DNA from: Blastocatellia bacterium
GTDB lineage: Bacteria; Acidobacteriota; Blastocatellia; UBA7656
Length of the DNA: 64,000 nucleotides
Assembly (NCBI GenBank): GCA_963765495.1
Contig: CAVXWP010000001.1
Coordinates: 416,001 to 480,000, forward strand
Direction: 5' to 3'
Below, in pieces: positions 18,232 through 28,726 of this stretch (position 1 is the stretch's first letter; each line of letters begins with the position of its first letter). The notes under the pieces are model-generated. The model worked only from the letters and a program-made list of their open reading frames with translations, was not told where the DNA came from and ran no database searches. A program made the translations under genes and the position numbers.

Positions 18232-20739
18232 ATGTTGCGCGGGCTGATTTTATGCTTTCTGCTGATGCTCTTAGCCGTGCTCCCGCCTGCGCGCCACGCG
18301 CAAGACGAAAAAGCCGGCGATGAGTTCAATAAATCCGTTCAGCCGTTCTTCTCTAAAAATTGCTACCTCTGCCATAATTCGGAGCTCAAGTCGGGCAACC
18401 TCAATCTTGAAGCCTACAAAACCGCCGACGCAATCAAGCAGGACGGAAATAGACTGGATCGCGTACTTCAAAAACTCAGCGCGGGCGAGATGCCTCCGAA
18501 AGGGATGCCTCGCCCCGATGAGACTGAGCTCAAGACCATCATTCGATGGCTTGAGTCCGAAACCAAACGGGCAAACGCCCCGACCGCGCCCGACCCCGGG
18601 CGTGTTACGGCCCGGCGGCTGAACCGCACCGAATATAACAACACGGTGCGCGACCTGCTCGGCGTAGACCTGCGCCCGGCCGATGATTTCCCTCAGGACG
18701 ATTCCGGGTATGGTTTCGACAACATTGGCGATGTGCTTTCGCTTTCGCCTGCGCTGATGGAAAAATATATCGCTTCCGCAGAAAAGATAGCTCGCGCCGC
18801 CGTATTCGGCCCCGAACAGATGAAGCCTACGCTTGTGCGTCCGAAGGCCATCTGGCGGATGATAAAGCCAAGCCCCGTACCGCTCAAGGATTACGACCTT
18901 ACGGGGCTCAGCCTGCCAAATTCGACTCACGTGATATACAGATTCCCGACCGACGGAGAATACGTCATCCGAGCCATGATGGGCGGCGAACGCCCGAGAG
19001 CGAGCGAAGCCATTCAGGTCATCCTGTGGGTTGACGGGCACGAGGTTCAGACGCTCGATCTCGATATCGAAGGCGGGGGTTCTTTTTCCGACGACCGTCA
19101 GGAATTTTACGGCTGGACGCGGGAGTTCCGCGCAAAGCTCACGGCGGGCGAGCACTGGATCGCGGTTTCAATCCCTCGCCTGTACGAAGGATTGCCGCCG
19201 GAATACGGCGGGCCGAACCCATCCAAAAGGCCCAAGCCGCCGCCGCCGGTATTCAAACCGCCACGCGATGCCACGCCCGAGCGAATCGAAGAGTTGAGAA
19301 AGAAATTTGAGGAGCGGCTGGCAACACCCGCGCCCGCAAACGCCGTGCGAATCAACTCGCTCGAGATCGGCGGCCCGTATCAACAGGCGAAAACGCCTTC
19401 GGTCGAAAGCCTGAAACGCATCTATGTATGCGGTCATCTCGACGGACATCATCAACCCGGATGCGCTCGGAAGATAATAGCCAGCCTCGCGCACAGGGCA
19501 TACCGCCGCCCCGTGACCGAAGAAGAGATCGACCAGCTTGTCAAACTGTGCGCGCTTGCCCGCGAGCAGGGCGATTCATTTGAAGAAGGAATTTGCCTGT
19601 CGATACAGGCGATGCTCGTTTCGCCTCATTTTCTTTTCCGCATAGAAAGAGATCGCGGCGATCAAAAGCGGGGCGATCAAAAGCGGGGGGATCAAAAGGC
19701 ACAGGCGGCCGAACCCGTAAGCCAGCACGAACTGGCCTCGCGGCTCTCTTATTTTTTGTGGAGCACGATGCCCGACGACCAGTTGCTCGGGCTTGCAGAC
19801 CAGGGCACGCTCAGCAACCCCCGCGTGCTTGCCGCCGAGGTGCGCCGTATGCTCAAGGACCCGAAATCGCGTGCGCTGGTTGAAAACTTTGGCGGCCAGT
19901 GGCTGGAACTCAGAAAGCTGGAATCGGTCAAACCCGACAAAAACCGTTTCCCCGAATTTGATGAATACCTGCGAATATCGATGCGGCGCGAGACCGAATT
20001 GTTTTTTGACTACATCGTCCACGAAGATCGAAGCATACTCGATTTCATCGACGCAAACTACACCTTTATCAACGAGCCGCTGGCTGCGCTCTACAATATT
20101 CCAGACATCAAAGGGCCTGAGTTTCGCAAAGTCACGCTGGCCTCAGACACCGGGCGGGGCGGCATACTTACGCAACCCGCCATCCTGACCGTCTCTTCCT
20201 ACGCCACACGCACCTCGCCCGTGCTGCGCGGCAAATGGATTTTAGGAAACCTTTTGAACGCGCCTCCGCCGCCTCCGCCGCCCGATGTGCCTAACCTGAA
20301 CGAAGCAGCCGTAGGCTCATCGGCATCGCTCAGACAGCAACTCGAAGAGCACCGCAAGAATGCTACCTGCGCTTCCTGTCATTCGCGGATGGACCCGCTC
20401 GGGTTCGGTCTGGAAAACTTCAACGCCATCGGCGCGTGGAGGACTATGGACGGGAAATTCCCGATAGATTCATCGGGCGTGCTGCCCGACGGTAGAAAAT
20501 TTCAGGGGCCGCAGGAGTTGAAAGCTATTCTCAAGGCCGACCGCGACGGCTTCACCGAAGGGTTGACTGAAAAGCTGCTGACTTATGCTTTGGGCCGGGG
20601 GCTTGAACCCTATGATAAACCGGCTGTGAAAGAGATAGCCGGTCGCGTAGCCGCCGACGATTACCGCTTTTCAAGCCTCGTGCTTGAGATCGTCAAGAGC
20701 CTGCCGTTTCAAATGCGAAGAGGGAACCAATCGCCATGA
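18232..20739 (+). CDS. DUF1592/1588/1587/1585/1595 (PSD) protein with c-type heme motifs
   Basis: CYLCH...MPP, RRLNRTEYNNTVRDLLG, ELASRLSYFLWSTMPD, RTSPVLRGKW, CASCH and LLTYALGR. GGGGAG precedes ATG 18232. Confidence 0.9.
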   Translation: MLRGLILCFLLMLLAVLPPARHAQDEKAGDEFNKSVQPFFSKNCYLCHNSELKSGNLNLEAYKTADAIKQDGNRLDRVLQKLSAGEMPPKGMPRPDETELKTIIRWLESETKRANAPTAPDPGRVTARRLNRTEYNNTVRDLLGVDLRPADDFPQDDSGYGFDNIGDVLSLSPALMEKYIASAEKIARAAVFGPEQMKPTLVRPKAIWRMIKPSPVPLKDYDLTGLSLPNSTHVIYRFPTDGEYVIRAMMGGERPRASEAIQVILWVDGHEVQTLDLDIEGGGSFSDDRQEFYGWTREFRAKLTAGEHWIAVSIPRLYEGLPPEYGGPNPSKRPKPPPPVFKPPRDATPERIEELRKKFEERLATPAPANAVRINSLEIGGPYQQAKTPSVESLKRIYVCGHLDGHHQPGCARKIIASLAHRAYRRPVTEEEIDQLVKLCALAREQGDSFEEGICLSIQAMLVSPHFLFRIERDRGDQKRGDQKRGDQKAQAAEPVSQHELASRLSYFLWSTMPDDQLLGLADQGTLSNPRVLAAEVRRMLKDPKSRALVENFGGQWLELRKLESVKPDKNRFPEFDEYLRISMRRETELFFDYIVHEDRSILDFIDANYTFINEPLAALYNIPDIKGPEFRKVTLASDTGRGGILTQPAILTVSSYATRTSPVLRGKWILGNLLNAPPPPPPPDVPNLNEAAVGSSASLRQQLEEHRKNATCASCHSRMDPLGFGLENFNAIGAWRTMDGKFPIDSSGVLPDGRKFQGPQELKAILKADRDGFTEGLTEKLLTYALGRGLEPYDKPAVKEIAGRVAADDYRFSSLVLEIVKSLPFQMRRGNQSP

Positions 20740-22088
20740 TCATCACACGAAAGCAATTGCCAAGACGAACTTTTCTCAAAGGGATGGGAACGGCTGTCGC
20801 CCTGCCCCTGCTCGATTGCATGCGACCGGCTCTGGCGCAGGCAAACACGGTTGCGAAACCGCCCGTTCGCCTCGCCTTCGTTTACGTGCCGAATGGAATC
20901 GTCATGGAGGATTGGACGCCAAAAGCGACAGGCAGTGATTTTGAATTCACGCGCATACTCAAACCTCTGGAACCTTACCGCAAAGACCTGTTCGTGCTCT
21001 CGGGGCTTGCGGCTCATAACGGAAACGCGCTCGGCGACGGGCCGGGCGATCACGCGCGGGCGGGAGCCTCATTCCTGACCGGCGTCCATTGCAGAAAGAC
21101 CGCAGGCGTAGATATCCACAACGGCATCTCAGCCGATCAGATAGCGGCTCAACGGCTGGCTTCCGAAACGCGGCTCCCGTCCATAGAACTCGGCTGCGAA
21201 GATTCGCGCACAGTAGGCGAATGCGACTCGGGCTACAGTTGCGCCTATACCAACAGCATCTCGTGGCGCAGCCCGACCACGCCGATGCCGCCTGAGATCA
21301 ACCCCCGCTCGGCATTCGAGCGGTTGTTTGGAACAGCCGATCTGAGTCTGGACCCGAAGACTCGCGCCCGCCGCGCAATGTATCGCAAGAGCATTCTCGA
21401 TATGGTCCGCCAGGACACCGAAGGGCTCGTAAAGACGCTCGGGCAAACAGACCGCCGCAAGATGGATGAATACCTGACGGCGATTCGCGAAATAGAGACC
21501 CGAATCGAGAAGGCCGAACAGGAGAACTACGAGGCGGCACCGCCTATCGAAAAACCCGCCGGGATTCCATTCACCTTTTCCGATTACGTAAAGCTGATGT
21601 TCGATCTTCAGATAATAGCCTTCAAGGCCGATATAACTCGCGTGTCCACGTTGATGATCGCGCGTGAAGGCAGCGTGCGAAGCTACCCGGAAATAGATGT
21701 CCCCGACCCGCACCACCCGCTCACGCATCATCGCGGGAACGTCGAGTGGATAGCCAGAGTCAGCAAGATAAACTCTCTGCACGTAGAGTTGTTCTCTTAC
21801 TTTTTGAACCGGATGAAGACCACCGAAGACGGCGACGGGACCTTGCTCGATCATTCGATGATCGTTTACGGCAGCGGATTGAGCGACGGCAATCGCCACG
21901 AGCACGAAGACCTGCCCATCCTGCTTGCGGGACGCGGCGACGGCAGTCTCAAACCCGGGCGGCACATTCTTTATCCGCAGGAAACGCCCCTTACAAACCT
22001 CTATCTCGCGCTGCTGGATCGTTGCGGCGTGCGATCGGAAAGCATCGGCGACAGCAACGGCAAACTTGATCGCCTGACCGATCTCTGA
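20736..22088 (+). CDS. DUF1552 (HXXSHH-type) protein, Tat signal
   Basis: RRTFLKG, LPLLD.M, YVPNG, CDSGYSCAY, HHPLTHH and DGNRH. ATGA overlap with the DUF1592 gene. Confidence 0.9.
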   Translation: MIITRKQLPRRTFLKGMGTAVALPLLDCMRPALAQANTVAKPPVRLAFVYVPNGIVMEDWTPKATGSDFEFTRILKPLEPYRKDLFVLSGLAAHNGNALGDGPGDHARAGASFLTGVHCRKTAGVDIHNGISADQIAAQRLASETRLPSIELGCEDSRTVGECDSGYSCAYTNSISWRSPTTPMPPEINPRSAFERLFGTADLSLDPKTRARRAMYRKSILDMVRQDTEGLVKTLGQTDRRKMDEYLTAIREIETRIEKAEQENYEAAPPIEKPAGIPFTFSDYVKLMFDLQIIAFKADITRVSTLMIAREGSVRSYPEIDVPDPHHPLTHHRGNVEWIARVSKINSLHVELFSYFLNRMKTTEDGDGTLLDHSMIVYGSGLSDGNRHEHEDLPILLAGRGDGSLKPGRHILYPQETPLTNLYLALLDRCGVRSESIGDSNGKLDRLTDL

Positions 22089-22137
22089 AATCTCAGATCG
22101 GCAACGGCACGCGAGATTTCAGAAAGTCCGAATTGCC

Positions 22138-23835
22138 ATGAAAGCAATTATCCTCTTACTTCCCTATCTGTGGGCCATCGCCGCCGCCCCCACTCTGGAA
22201 ATCAAAGTAGATCAGGTCGGATACTTGCCCGACGCGCCAAAGCTCGCCCTTGTCGTTTCAAAGAATGCCGGGGATGACTTCACCGTGCGCCGCTCAGGTG
22301 ACGGCTCGGTAGTTTTTCGCGGCAAGCTCGCGGCAGAGGCAAAAGACGCGGATTCGGGCGACGATGTCCGCGTGGCCGATTTTACTGACCTCGGCAAGAG
22401 CGGAAAGTATTTTCTTGAAGTTTCCGGTGTAGGCAGAAGCTGGGATTTTCAGATCGCCGCAGATGTGTACTCGCGCGCCTACTATCTTGCGATGCGGTCG
22501 TTTTACGGGCAGCGATGCGGCACCGGGGTAGATTTGGGGCCGGAGTTTCCCGGCTACAAACACGAGGCGTGTCATTTGACGGGCGCCTACCACGAATCCT
22601 CCGGCAAGACTGGCCCGCGCAAATCGGCCGGAGGCTGGCACGACGCGGGCGATTACGGTCGCTACACGGTAAATTCTGGGCTTTCAACCGGCACATTGCT
22701 GTGGACGTGGGAAATGTTTGGAGACCGAATCAAAAAGATAAATCTCAACATCCCGGAATCCAATAATAAGACGCCCGATATTCTGGACGAGATAAGATGG
22801 AATCTCGACTGGATGCTCTCGATGCAGGACGCCGACGGCGGCGTGTGGCACAAGCAGACAAGCGAACAGTTTTGCGCTTTTGTCATGCCCGAAAAAGACA
22901 AATCGGTGAGCTATGTGATCGGGACGGGAAAAGAGCCCTACAAGAGCACATGCGCGACTGCCGATTTCGCTTCGGTGATGGCAATCGCCGCGCGTCTCTA
23001 CAGGACTTTCGATACCACCTATTCAAATGAATGCCTGAAGGCCGCCAGGCGCGCGTGGGTGTGGCTCGATAAATATCCACACGTGTGGTTTCGAAATCCC
23101 CCGGGCGTAGGCACCGGAGCTTACGGAGACGCCAACTGCGAAGACGAGCTATTGTGGGCTTCGGCCGAGTTATGGCGAACGACCGGAGAGGAGACCTATA
23201 ACCGCTACTTTCTTGAGCATTACGCCGAATACCGAAAAACGATTCGAGACACGGGGCCGCAAGGATGGCCAAACGTCGCGCCGATGGCTTTGTGGACTTA
23301 CGCGCTCGGAAAGGGAAAAGACCGGGAAGCCGTCGCCGCAATTCGTCAGGATACATTGAGCGCGGCCGATAAAATAGTCGAGCGGTCCAGCCAAAACGGA
23401 TACCGAATCAGCCTGACTTCGGCAGAATACGGATGGGGGTCAAACGGCGTCGTAGCAAATTACGGCATGGAGCTTCTTGTGGCAAACGCGCTGCAACCCG
23501 ACAGGCGTTACTATCAGGCGGCGCTCGATAACCTCCATTATCTGCTTGGTCGAAACACCTTTTCGCTTTCGTGGGTCACGCGAGTCGGGGAAAATCCTTA
23601 CAGGCATCCGCATCACCGTCCGAGCGGGGCCGACAACAATCAGGAGCCCTGGCCGGGACTGCTCTCGGGCGGCCCGAACCGGAGACGCCAGGATCAGGCA
23701 ATGAAGAAATTGCCCGACCTGCCCCCCGCCAAAATGTACCTTGATGAAGAAGAAGCCTACGCGGCAAATGAAGTGGCCATCAACTGGAATGCGCCTCTGG
23801 TCTTTTTGCTGGCTGGCACCCTGCCTGAAAAATGA
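22138..23835 (+). CDS. GH9 glycoside hydrolase with CelD-like N-terminal Ig domain
   Basis: VDQVGYLP, GGWHDAGDYGRY, HPHHR, NEVAINWNA. Confidence 0.93.
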   Translation: MKAIILLLPYLWAIAAAPTLEIKVDQVGYLPDAPKLALVVSKNAGDDFTVRRSGDGSVVFRGKLAAEAKDADSGDDVRVADFTDLGKSGKYFLEVSGVGRSWDFQIAADVYSRAYYLAMRSFYGQRCGTGVDLGPEFPGYKHEACHLTGAYHESSGKTGPRKSAGGWHDAGDYGRYTVNSGLSTGTLLWTWEMFGDRIKKINLNIPESNNKTPDILDEIRWNLDWMLSMQDADGGVWHKQTSEQFCAFVMPEKDKSVSYVIGTGKEPYKSTCATADFASVMAIAARLYRTFDTTYSNECLKAARRAWVWLDKYPHVWFRNPPGVGTGAYGDANCEDELLWASAELWRTTGEETYNRYFLEHYAEYRKTIRDTGPQGWPNVAPMALWTYALGKGKDREAVAAIRQDTLSAADKIVERSSQNGYRISLTSAEYGWGSNGVVANYGMELLVANALQPDRRYYQAALDNLHYLLGRNTFSLSWVTRVGENPYRHPHHRPSGADNNQEPWPGLLSGGPNRRRQDQAMKKLPDLPPAKMYLDEEEAYAANEVAINWNAPLVFLLAGTLPEK

Positions 23836-23844
23836 TGCGCTCAA

Positions 23845-23931
23845 TGATGCGTGATCCGTGATTCACCAGGCTTGCGAGTTGTCTTAATACTGCGGCCTGC
23901 CTGATAATCACGCATCACGGATCACGCATCA
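23845..23931. repeat. Family A heptamer-arm element between convergent genes
   Basis: TGATGCGTGATCCGTGA-core-TCACGCATCACGGATCACGCATCA. Confidence 0.85.
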
Positions 23932-23936
23932 CTTCT

Positions 23937-25079
23937 TTACTTAGCGGAGAATTTATAGATGGTCGTCGTTTTGTATTTCTGCCCCGGCTTCAGAGTCGTA
24001 GTCGGAAAGCTTGGATGATTGGGCGAATCCGGGTAATGCTGAGTCTCGAGACAGAAACCCGTTCGCCTGTTGTAGACCTGCCCTCCCTTGCCCGTGATGC
24101 TGCCGTCAAGGAAATTGCCCGTGTAAAACTGCATTCCCGGCTCCGTCGTGTAGACCTCCATCACGCGCCCCGTCTCGGGCTCGTAGACTCTTGCGGCAAG
24201 CGACATCTCGCTGTCTTTTTTGTTCAGCACCCAGTTGTGATCGTATCCTTTGCCGAGAACCATCTGCTCATAATCCTGGTCTATTCGCTCTCCGATGACC
24301 ATCGGTTTTGTGAAATCAAGCGGCGTTCCCTTTACGGCTCGAAGCTCGCCCGTAGGTATCAGCCCGCTATCGACGGGCGTAAATCTGTCGGCGTTGATCA
24401 TCAATTCGTGATTGAGTATCGTGCCCCCGCCCGCGAGGTTGAAATAGGAGTGATGCGTCAGGTTGACGACCGTCGCTTTATCGGTGGTCGCGGTGTAGTC
24501 GATCCTCAGTTCGTTTTTATTCGTCAGCGTGTAGACGACCGTGACCGACAGATTGCCTGGATAACCTTCCTCTCCATCCTTGCTCAGATAGCTGAGCGAC
24601 AGACCGACACCGTCTTTGCCTTTGACCTCTTTTGCCTTCCAAATCCTCTTGTTGAACCCCTTGACCCCACCGTGCAGATGGTTTTCGCCGTCATTTTTTG
24701 CGAGCGTGTAATCGTGCCCGTTTAACGAGAATTTGCCTTTGGCTATGCGATTGCCGTACCGCCCGACGATAGCGCCAAAGAAAGCCGTGTTCCCGACATA
24801 GCCTTCGAGATCGTCGTAACCGAGCACGACATCGGCGAGTTTGCCGTTGCGGTCGGGCACTTTCAGCGATGTCACGATGCCGCCGTAAGTCGTGATCTTT
24901 GCTTCGACCCCATTGGCATTGGTCAGTGTGTAAATCTCGGCCGCCTCCCCGTCGGGCGTTTTGCCGAATGCCTGTTTCGTGATTTGCGGTTTCGTTTCTG
25001 CGTTCATATATGAGGTTCCAATGGGGATGAAAAGAACTCCCAGCAAAAGTACGATTAAAGCTTTTTTCAAATTGCTCAC
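23937..25079 (-). CDS. galM: Aldose 1-epimerase (mutarotase), with signal peptide
   Basis: GRYGNRI, HLHGG, EEGYPG, NLTHHSYFNL and CLETQHYPD. GTG start with GGAGG. Confidence 0.93.
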   Translation of the reverse strand: MSNLKKALIVLLLGVLFIPIGTSYMNAETKPQITKQAFGKTPDGEAAEIYTLTNANGVEAKITTYGGIVTSLKVPDRNGKLADVVLGYDDLEGYVGNTAFFGAIVGRYGNRIAKGKFSLNGHDYTLAKNDGENHLHGGVKGFNKRIWKAKEVKGKDGVGLSLSYLSKDGEEGYPGNLSVTVVYTLTNKNELRIDYTATTDKATVVNLTHHSYFNLAGGGTILNHELMINADRFTPVDSGLIPTGELRAVKGTPLDFTKPMVIGERIDQDYEQMVLGKGYDHNWVLNKKDSEMSLAARVYEPETGRVMEVYTTEPGMQFYTGNFLDGSITGKGGQVYNRRTGFCLETQHYPDSPNHPSFPTTTLKPGQKYKTTTIYKFSAK

Positions 25080-25236
25080 CTTGACGTCCTCCAGATTCCC
25101 GGTTAGTTTGATCGCTGTCAGATTTCAGGCATAAGAACTAGGTACTTACCTTAGACCGCAAACCCAAGTCAAGCAGTTTTGTTCTTGAGGCGGGCGCTCG
25201 ATCACTTTAAACCGCGCCGCCGGAATTGGAAAAGGC

Positions 25237-27639
25237 ATGAATCTCGAAAAGAAAATCCCAACTGCAACCGTCAAGTACAGCGCCTGTATCCACCTCATCG
25301 TTTTTATCGCAATCGTCCTTGCAGGCGTTCCGTTTGCCGGACACCGATCAAAGGCGCAGTCGCAAGACGGGCAACCCGATTATCGGAATCCGAACCTGCC
25401 CGTCGAGCGGCGGGTTGCCGATCTGTTGAGCCGCATGACGATGGAGGAAAAGGTCGCGCAACTCGTTACGCTGTGGACTCGCAAGCCTCAACAAAAACCG
25501 CTCGACGGCGCGTTTTCCGACCGGGGCGATTTCTCGGTCGAAGCCGCGCGCGAAGTGCTCAAATACGGCATAGGCGAAATCTCTCGCCAGCGCGAAAGAA
25601 AAGGCCCTCGCGCCTCGGCCGTCTATGCCAATGCCGTGCAGAAATTCCTCGTCGAAAACACGCGGCTCGGAATACCGGCCATGTTTCACGACGAAGTCCT
25701 GCACGGCCACATGGCTCCGGGAGGCACATCTTATCCGCAACCGATAGCCCTGGCCGCGAGCTTCGACCCCGAGCTTGTGAGCAGAATCTTTACCGCCGCC
25801 GCGCTTGAAGTGAGAGCGCGTGGCGGGCATCACGTGCTCGGCCCAAACCTCGATCTGGGGCGCGACCCTCGCTGGGGCCGAACCGAAGAGACCTACGGCG
25901 AAGATCCTTACCTCGTCTCTCGAATGGGGGTCGCCTGCATAAAGGCGCTTCAGGGAATCGGCCCCGGTGTTGACGCGAGCCATGTCATCGCCACGGCCAA
26001 ACACTTCACCGCTCACGGCCAACCCGAAGCCGGAACCAATATCGGCCCGGCGAATTTTTCCGAACGCCTCCTGCGCGAGATGTTCCTTCCGTCATTTGAG
26101 GCGGCTGTGAAAGAGGCCGGTGTGATGAGCGTGATGGCTTCTTATAACGAGATTGACGGCGTTCCCTCTCACGCAAATAACTGGCTGCTCGACAGGGTTC
26201 TGCGACAGGAGTGGGGATTTACGGGGCTTGTGGCCGCCGATTATGACGGCATCGCGCAACTCGTAAGCCGCCATCACGTGGCCGCCGATAAAGCCGAAGC
26301 GGCGCGGCTTGCCATAGAGGCCGGCGTAGACATCGAACTCCCCGACCCGGATTGCTACCCTTCACTCCCTCAACTGGTGGCCGATGGAAAAGTATCCGAA
26401 GCCACCCTTGATCGAGCCGTCGCCAGAGTCCTGCGCGCCAAGTTCATGCTCGGACTCTTTGAAAACCCTTATGTTGATCCCGAACGAGCCGTACAGGTGA
26501 CAAACACCGAGGCCAATCACGCGCTTGCCGCCGAGGCCGCGCGCCGTTCGATTGTCTTGCTGAAGAATGCCGGGAATCTCCTGCCGCTCGATTCGACTCG
26601 ACTCAAATCGCTTGCGGTAATCGGCCCCAACGCCGACCGCGCGCACCTGGGCGGCTACAGCGACGACCCCGGTCGCGCGATCAGCATACTCGACGGCGTT
26701 CGCGCAAAAGTAGGCAATCGCGTAAAAATCAATTACGCGCTCGGGTGCCAGATCACAAAGGAAGGCGGCAACTGGTGGGCCGACACTTCGCATTTGAGCG
26801 ACCCGCAGGACGATGCAAAAAATATTGCCGAAGCCGTACGCGTGGCAAAAGAATCTGATGCCGTGGTGCTCGTAGTAGGCGGCAATGAAGACACCAATAA
26901 AGAAGGCTGGGCGGAAAATCATCTTGGCGACCGTGACAGCCTCGAACTCGTGGGCCGCCAAAACGATCTGGTCAAAGCCGTGCTTGAAACCGGCAAGCCT
27001 ACCATAGTCTTTCTGATCAACAGCAGCCCGCTCGCGATTAACTATATCGCCGAAAACGTACCGGCGATACTCGAAGGCTTTTATCTCGGGCAGGAGACGG
27101 GCACGGCGGCGGCAGATGTGCTGTTTGGCGATTACAACCCCGGCGGCAAACTGCCGATCAGTTTTCCGCGTTCGGTAGGCCAGTTGCCGATCTATTACAA
27201 TCAAAAACCGTCGGCCAAACGCGGCTACCTCTTCACAAGCAAAGAGCCACTCTTCCCGTTCGGCTACGGGTTGAGCTACACCACATTCGAATACTCGAAC
27301 CTGAATGTCGAGCCCAAAATCATAGGCCCCGCCGGACGTGCCAGGGTCAGCGTGACGGTGAAAAATACCGGCAAGGTCGCGGGCGATGAAATCGTTCAGA
27401 TGTACATAAGGGACGAAGTGAGTTCGGTGACGAGACCGATAAAAGAGCTAAAAGGTTTCGAGCGAGTGCACCTCGCGCCGGGCGAAAGCAAAACCGTGAG
27501 CTTTGACATCACGCCCGACAAGCTGTGGTTTTATGATCTAAATATGAGGCGAGTGGTAGAGCCGGGAATGTTTTCGATAATGGTCGGTCCCAGCTCAGCC
27601 ACATTCACAACCGTTCGTTTAGAGGTTGCAGACAGGTGA
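25237..27639 (+). CDS. GH3 beta-glucosidase/xylosidase with FN3 domain
   Basis: RLGIP..HDEVLHG, RDPRWGRTEETYGEDP, KHF, ADY, FPFGYGLSYT, RPIKELKGF. Confidence 0.93.
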   Translation: MNLEKKIPTATVKYSACIHLIVFIAIVLAGVPFAGHRSKAQSQDGQPDYRNPNLPVERRVADLLSRMTMEEKVAQLVTLWTRKPQQKPLDGAFSDRGDFSVEAAREVLKYGIGEISRQRERKGPRASAVYANAVQKFLVENTRLGIPAMFHDEVLHGHMAPGGTSYPQPIALAASFDPELVSRIFTAAALEVRARGGHHVLGPNLDLGRDPRWGRTEETYGEDPYLVSRMGVACIKALQGIGPGVDASHVIATAKHFTAHGQPEAGTNIGPANFSERLLREMFLPSFEAAVKEAGVMSVMASYNEIDGVPSHANNWLLDRVLRQEWGFTGLVAADYDGIAQLVSRHHVAADKAEAARLAIEAGVDIELPDPDCYPSLPQLVADGKVSEATLDRAVARVLRAKFMLGLFENPYVDPERAVQVTNTEANHALAAEAARRSIVLLKNAGNLLPLDSTRLKSLAVIGPNADRAHLGGYSDDPGRAISILDGVRAKVGNRVKINYALGCQITKEGGNWWADTSHLSDPQDDAKNIAEAVRVAKESDAVVLVVGGNEDTNKEGWAENHLGDRDSLELVGRQNDLVKAVLETGKPTIVFLINSSPLAINYIAENVPAILEGFYLGQETGTAAADVLFGDYNPGGKLPISFPRSVGQLPIYYNQKPSAKRGYLFTSKEPLFPFGYGLSYTTFEYSNLNVEPKIIGPAGRARVSVTVKNTGKVAGDEIVQMYIRDEVSSVTRPIKELKGFERVHLAPGESKTVSFDITPDKLWFYDLNMRRVVEPGMFSIMVGPSSATFTTVRLEVADR

Positions 27640-27661
27640 ATTGCCTGTTTAAGAAAGTGGG

Positions 27662-27765
27662 AATAGGCCAGGACGGACGCGGATGCGACGGATAAACACG
27701 GATTAGACCATGTCAGGTTCAGATCCGCGAAAATCCGTCGCATCCGCGTTTATCCGTGGCCCATT
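27662..27765. repeat. Nonamer-periodic palindromic element (family B)
   Basis: AATAGGCC..(CGGAT-N4)n..(ATCCG-N4)n..GGCCCATT, between convergent genes. Confidence 0.8.
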
Positions 27766-27793
27766 TCAAAATCCCCTGCTTTGGACATTCGAT

Positions 27794-28591
27794 CTAATCG
27801 GCGTTCTTTCGGCCGTAACCAATCTCGGCTCCGCCTGAAATTATGTGATCCACCCCGGTTGTAAACGTAGCCTCGGCCGCGATAAACAGACACAGCTGCC
27901 CCACTTCTTCAATGGTTCCCATCCGTCCTAAAACCTGCGCGGCTTCACCATCCGAACGGCACCTGTCGGGGTCGGGCGCGGCGTCAATCGCTTCCTGCCA
28001 TAGCGGGGTGTAGATATTGCCCGGAGAGACCGAGTTGACGCGGACGCCGTTTACCGCCTCATCAATCGCAAGCGCCTTTGTGAAAGCCGTGACCGCGCCC
28101 TTTGTCGCTACGTATGTCGTCGCGTGGTGTTGTCCCATCGCGCCCACAAGGCTCGCAATATTGATAATATTCCCTCCGGCCCGGCGCAGATGCGGCAGCG
28201 CAAACTTGCAGGCCGCAAAGACGCTGATGAGGTTCAGATTTATCAGGTCTTGAAAATCTTCGATGGAAAAATCATCAATCGCTTTGTGAGGCGGATGCCA
28301 CCCGGCATTGTTGATAAGGCAATCGAGTCGTCCGAAACGCCCGACGGCTGTCTCTATCAGATTCTCGATCTCTTCGGTGCGCCTGACATCGCAGAGGACA
28401 AAACTCACGTCATCCGATTGTCGGGCGAGCGCCTGTAACTCGCGGCAGGCGGCATCGCCTTCGTCTCTCTTTTCGGAGCAGATGACGACACGCGCTCCTG
28501 CCTTTATAAACTCCTGCGCGCAGCCCTTTCCTATCCCACGGCTGCCGCCCGTGATGACGACCGTTCTGTGTTCATATCGCAAATCAGGCAT
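27794..28591 (-). CDS. SDR oxidoreductase, HSD17B14-like (candidate L-fucose dehydrogenase)
   Basis: TGGSRGIG, NNAGWHPP, YVATKGAVTAFTKALAIDE, SPGNIYTPLW and GGAEIGYG. Divergent from the fuconate dehydratase gene. Confidence 0.8.
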   Translation of the reverse strand: MPDLRYEHRTVVITGGSRGIGKGCAQEFIKAGARVVICSEKRDEGDAACRELQALARQSDDVSFVLCDVRRTEEIENLIETAVGRFGRLDCLINNAGWHPPHKAIDDFSIEDFQDLINLNLISVFAACKFALPHLRRAGGNIINIASLVGAMGQHHATTYVATKGAVTAFTKALAIDEAVNGVRVNSVSPGNIYTPLWQEAIDAAPDPDRCRSDGEAAQVLGRMGTIEEVGQLCLFIAAEATFTTGVDHIISGGAEIGYGRKNAD

Positions 28592-28658
28592 AGCGACCTC
28601 CGATGGTTCGGCTCACTCCAGGCTGAGTAATTTGATACTGCCGGCAACCGGATGGTAT

Positions 28659-28687
28659 TTGTTGTCGGTAACACTTTCAAGTATAAT
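28659..28687 (+). promoter_or_regulatory. Sigma-70 promoter overlapped by a LacI-type operator-like palindrome
   Basis: TTGTTG-N17-TATAAT; TGTTGTCGGTAACA at 28660-28673 resembles TGTTANCGNTAACA. Confidence 0.5.
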
Positions 28688-28726
28688 GCCGCCCGCTTGA
28701 GCCGCTGCCGCTCGCTTTGAGGGAAT

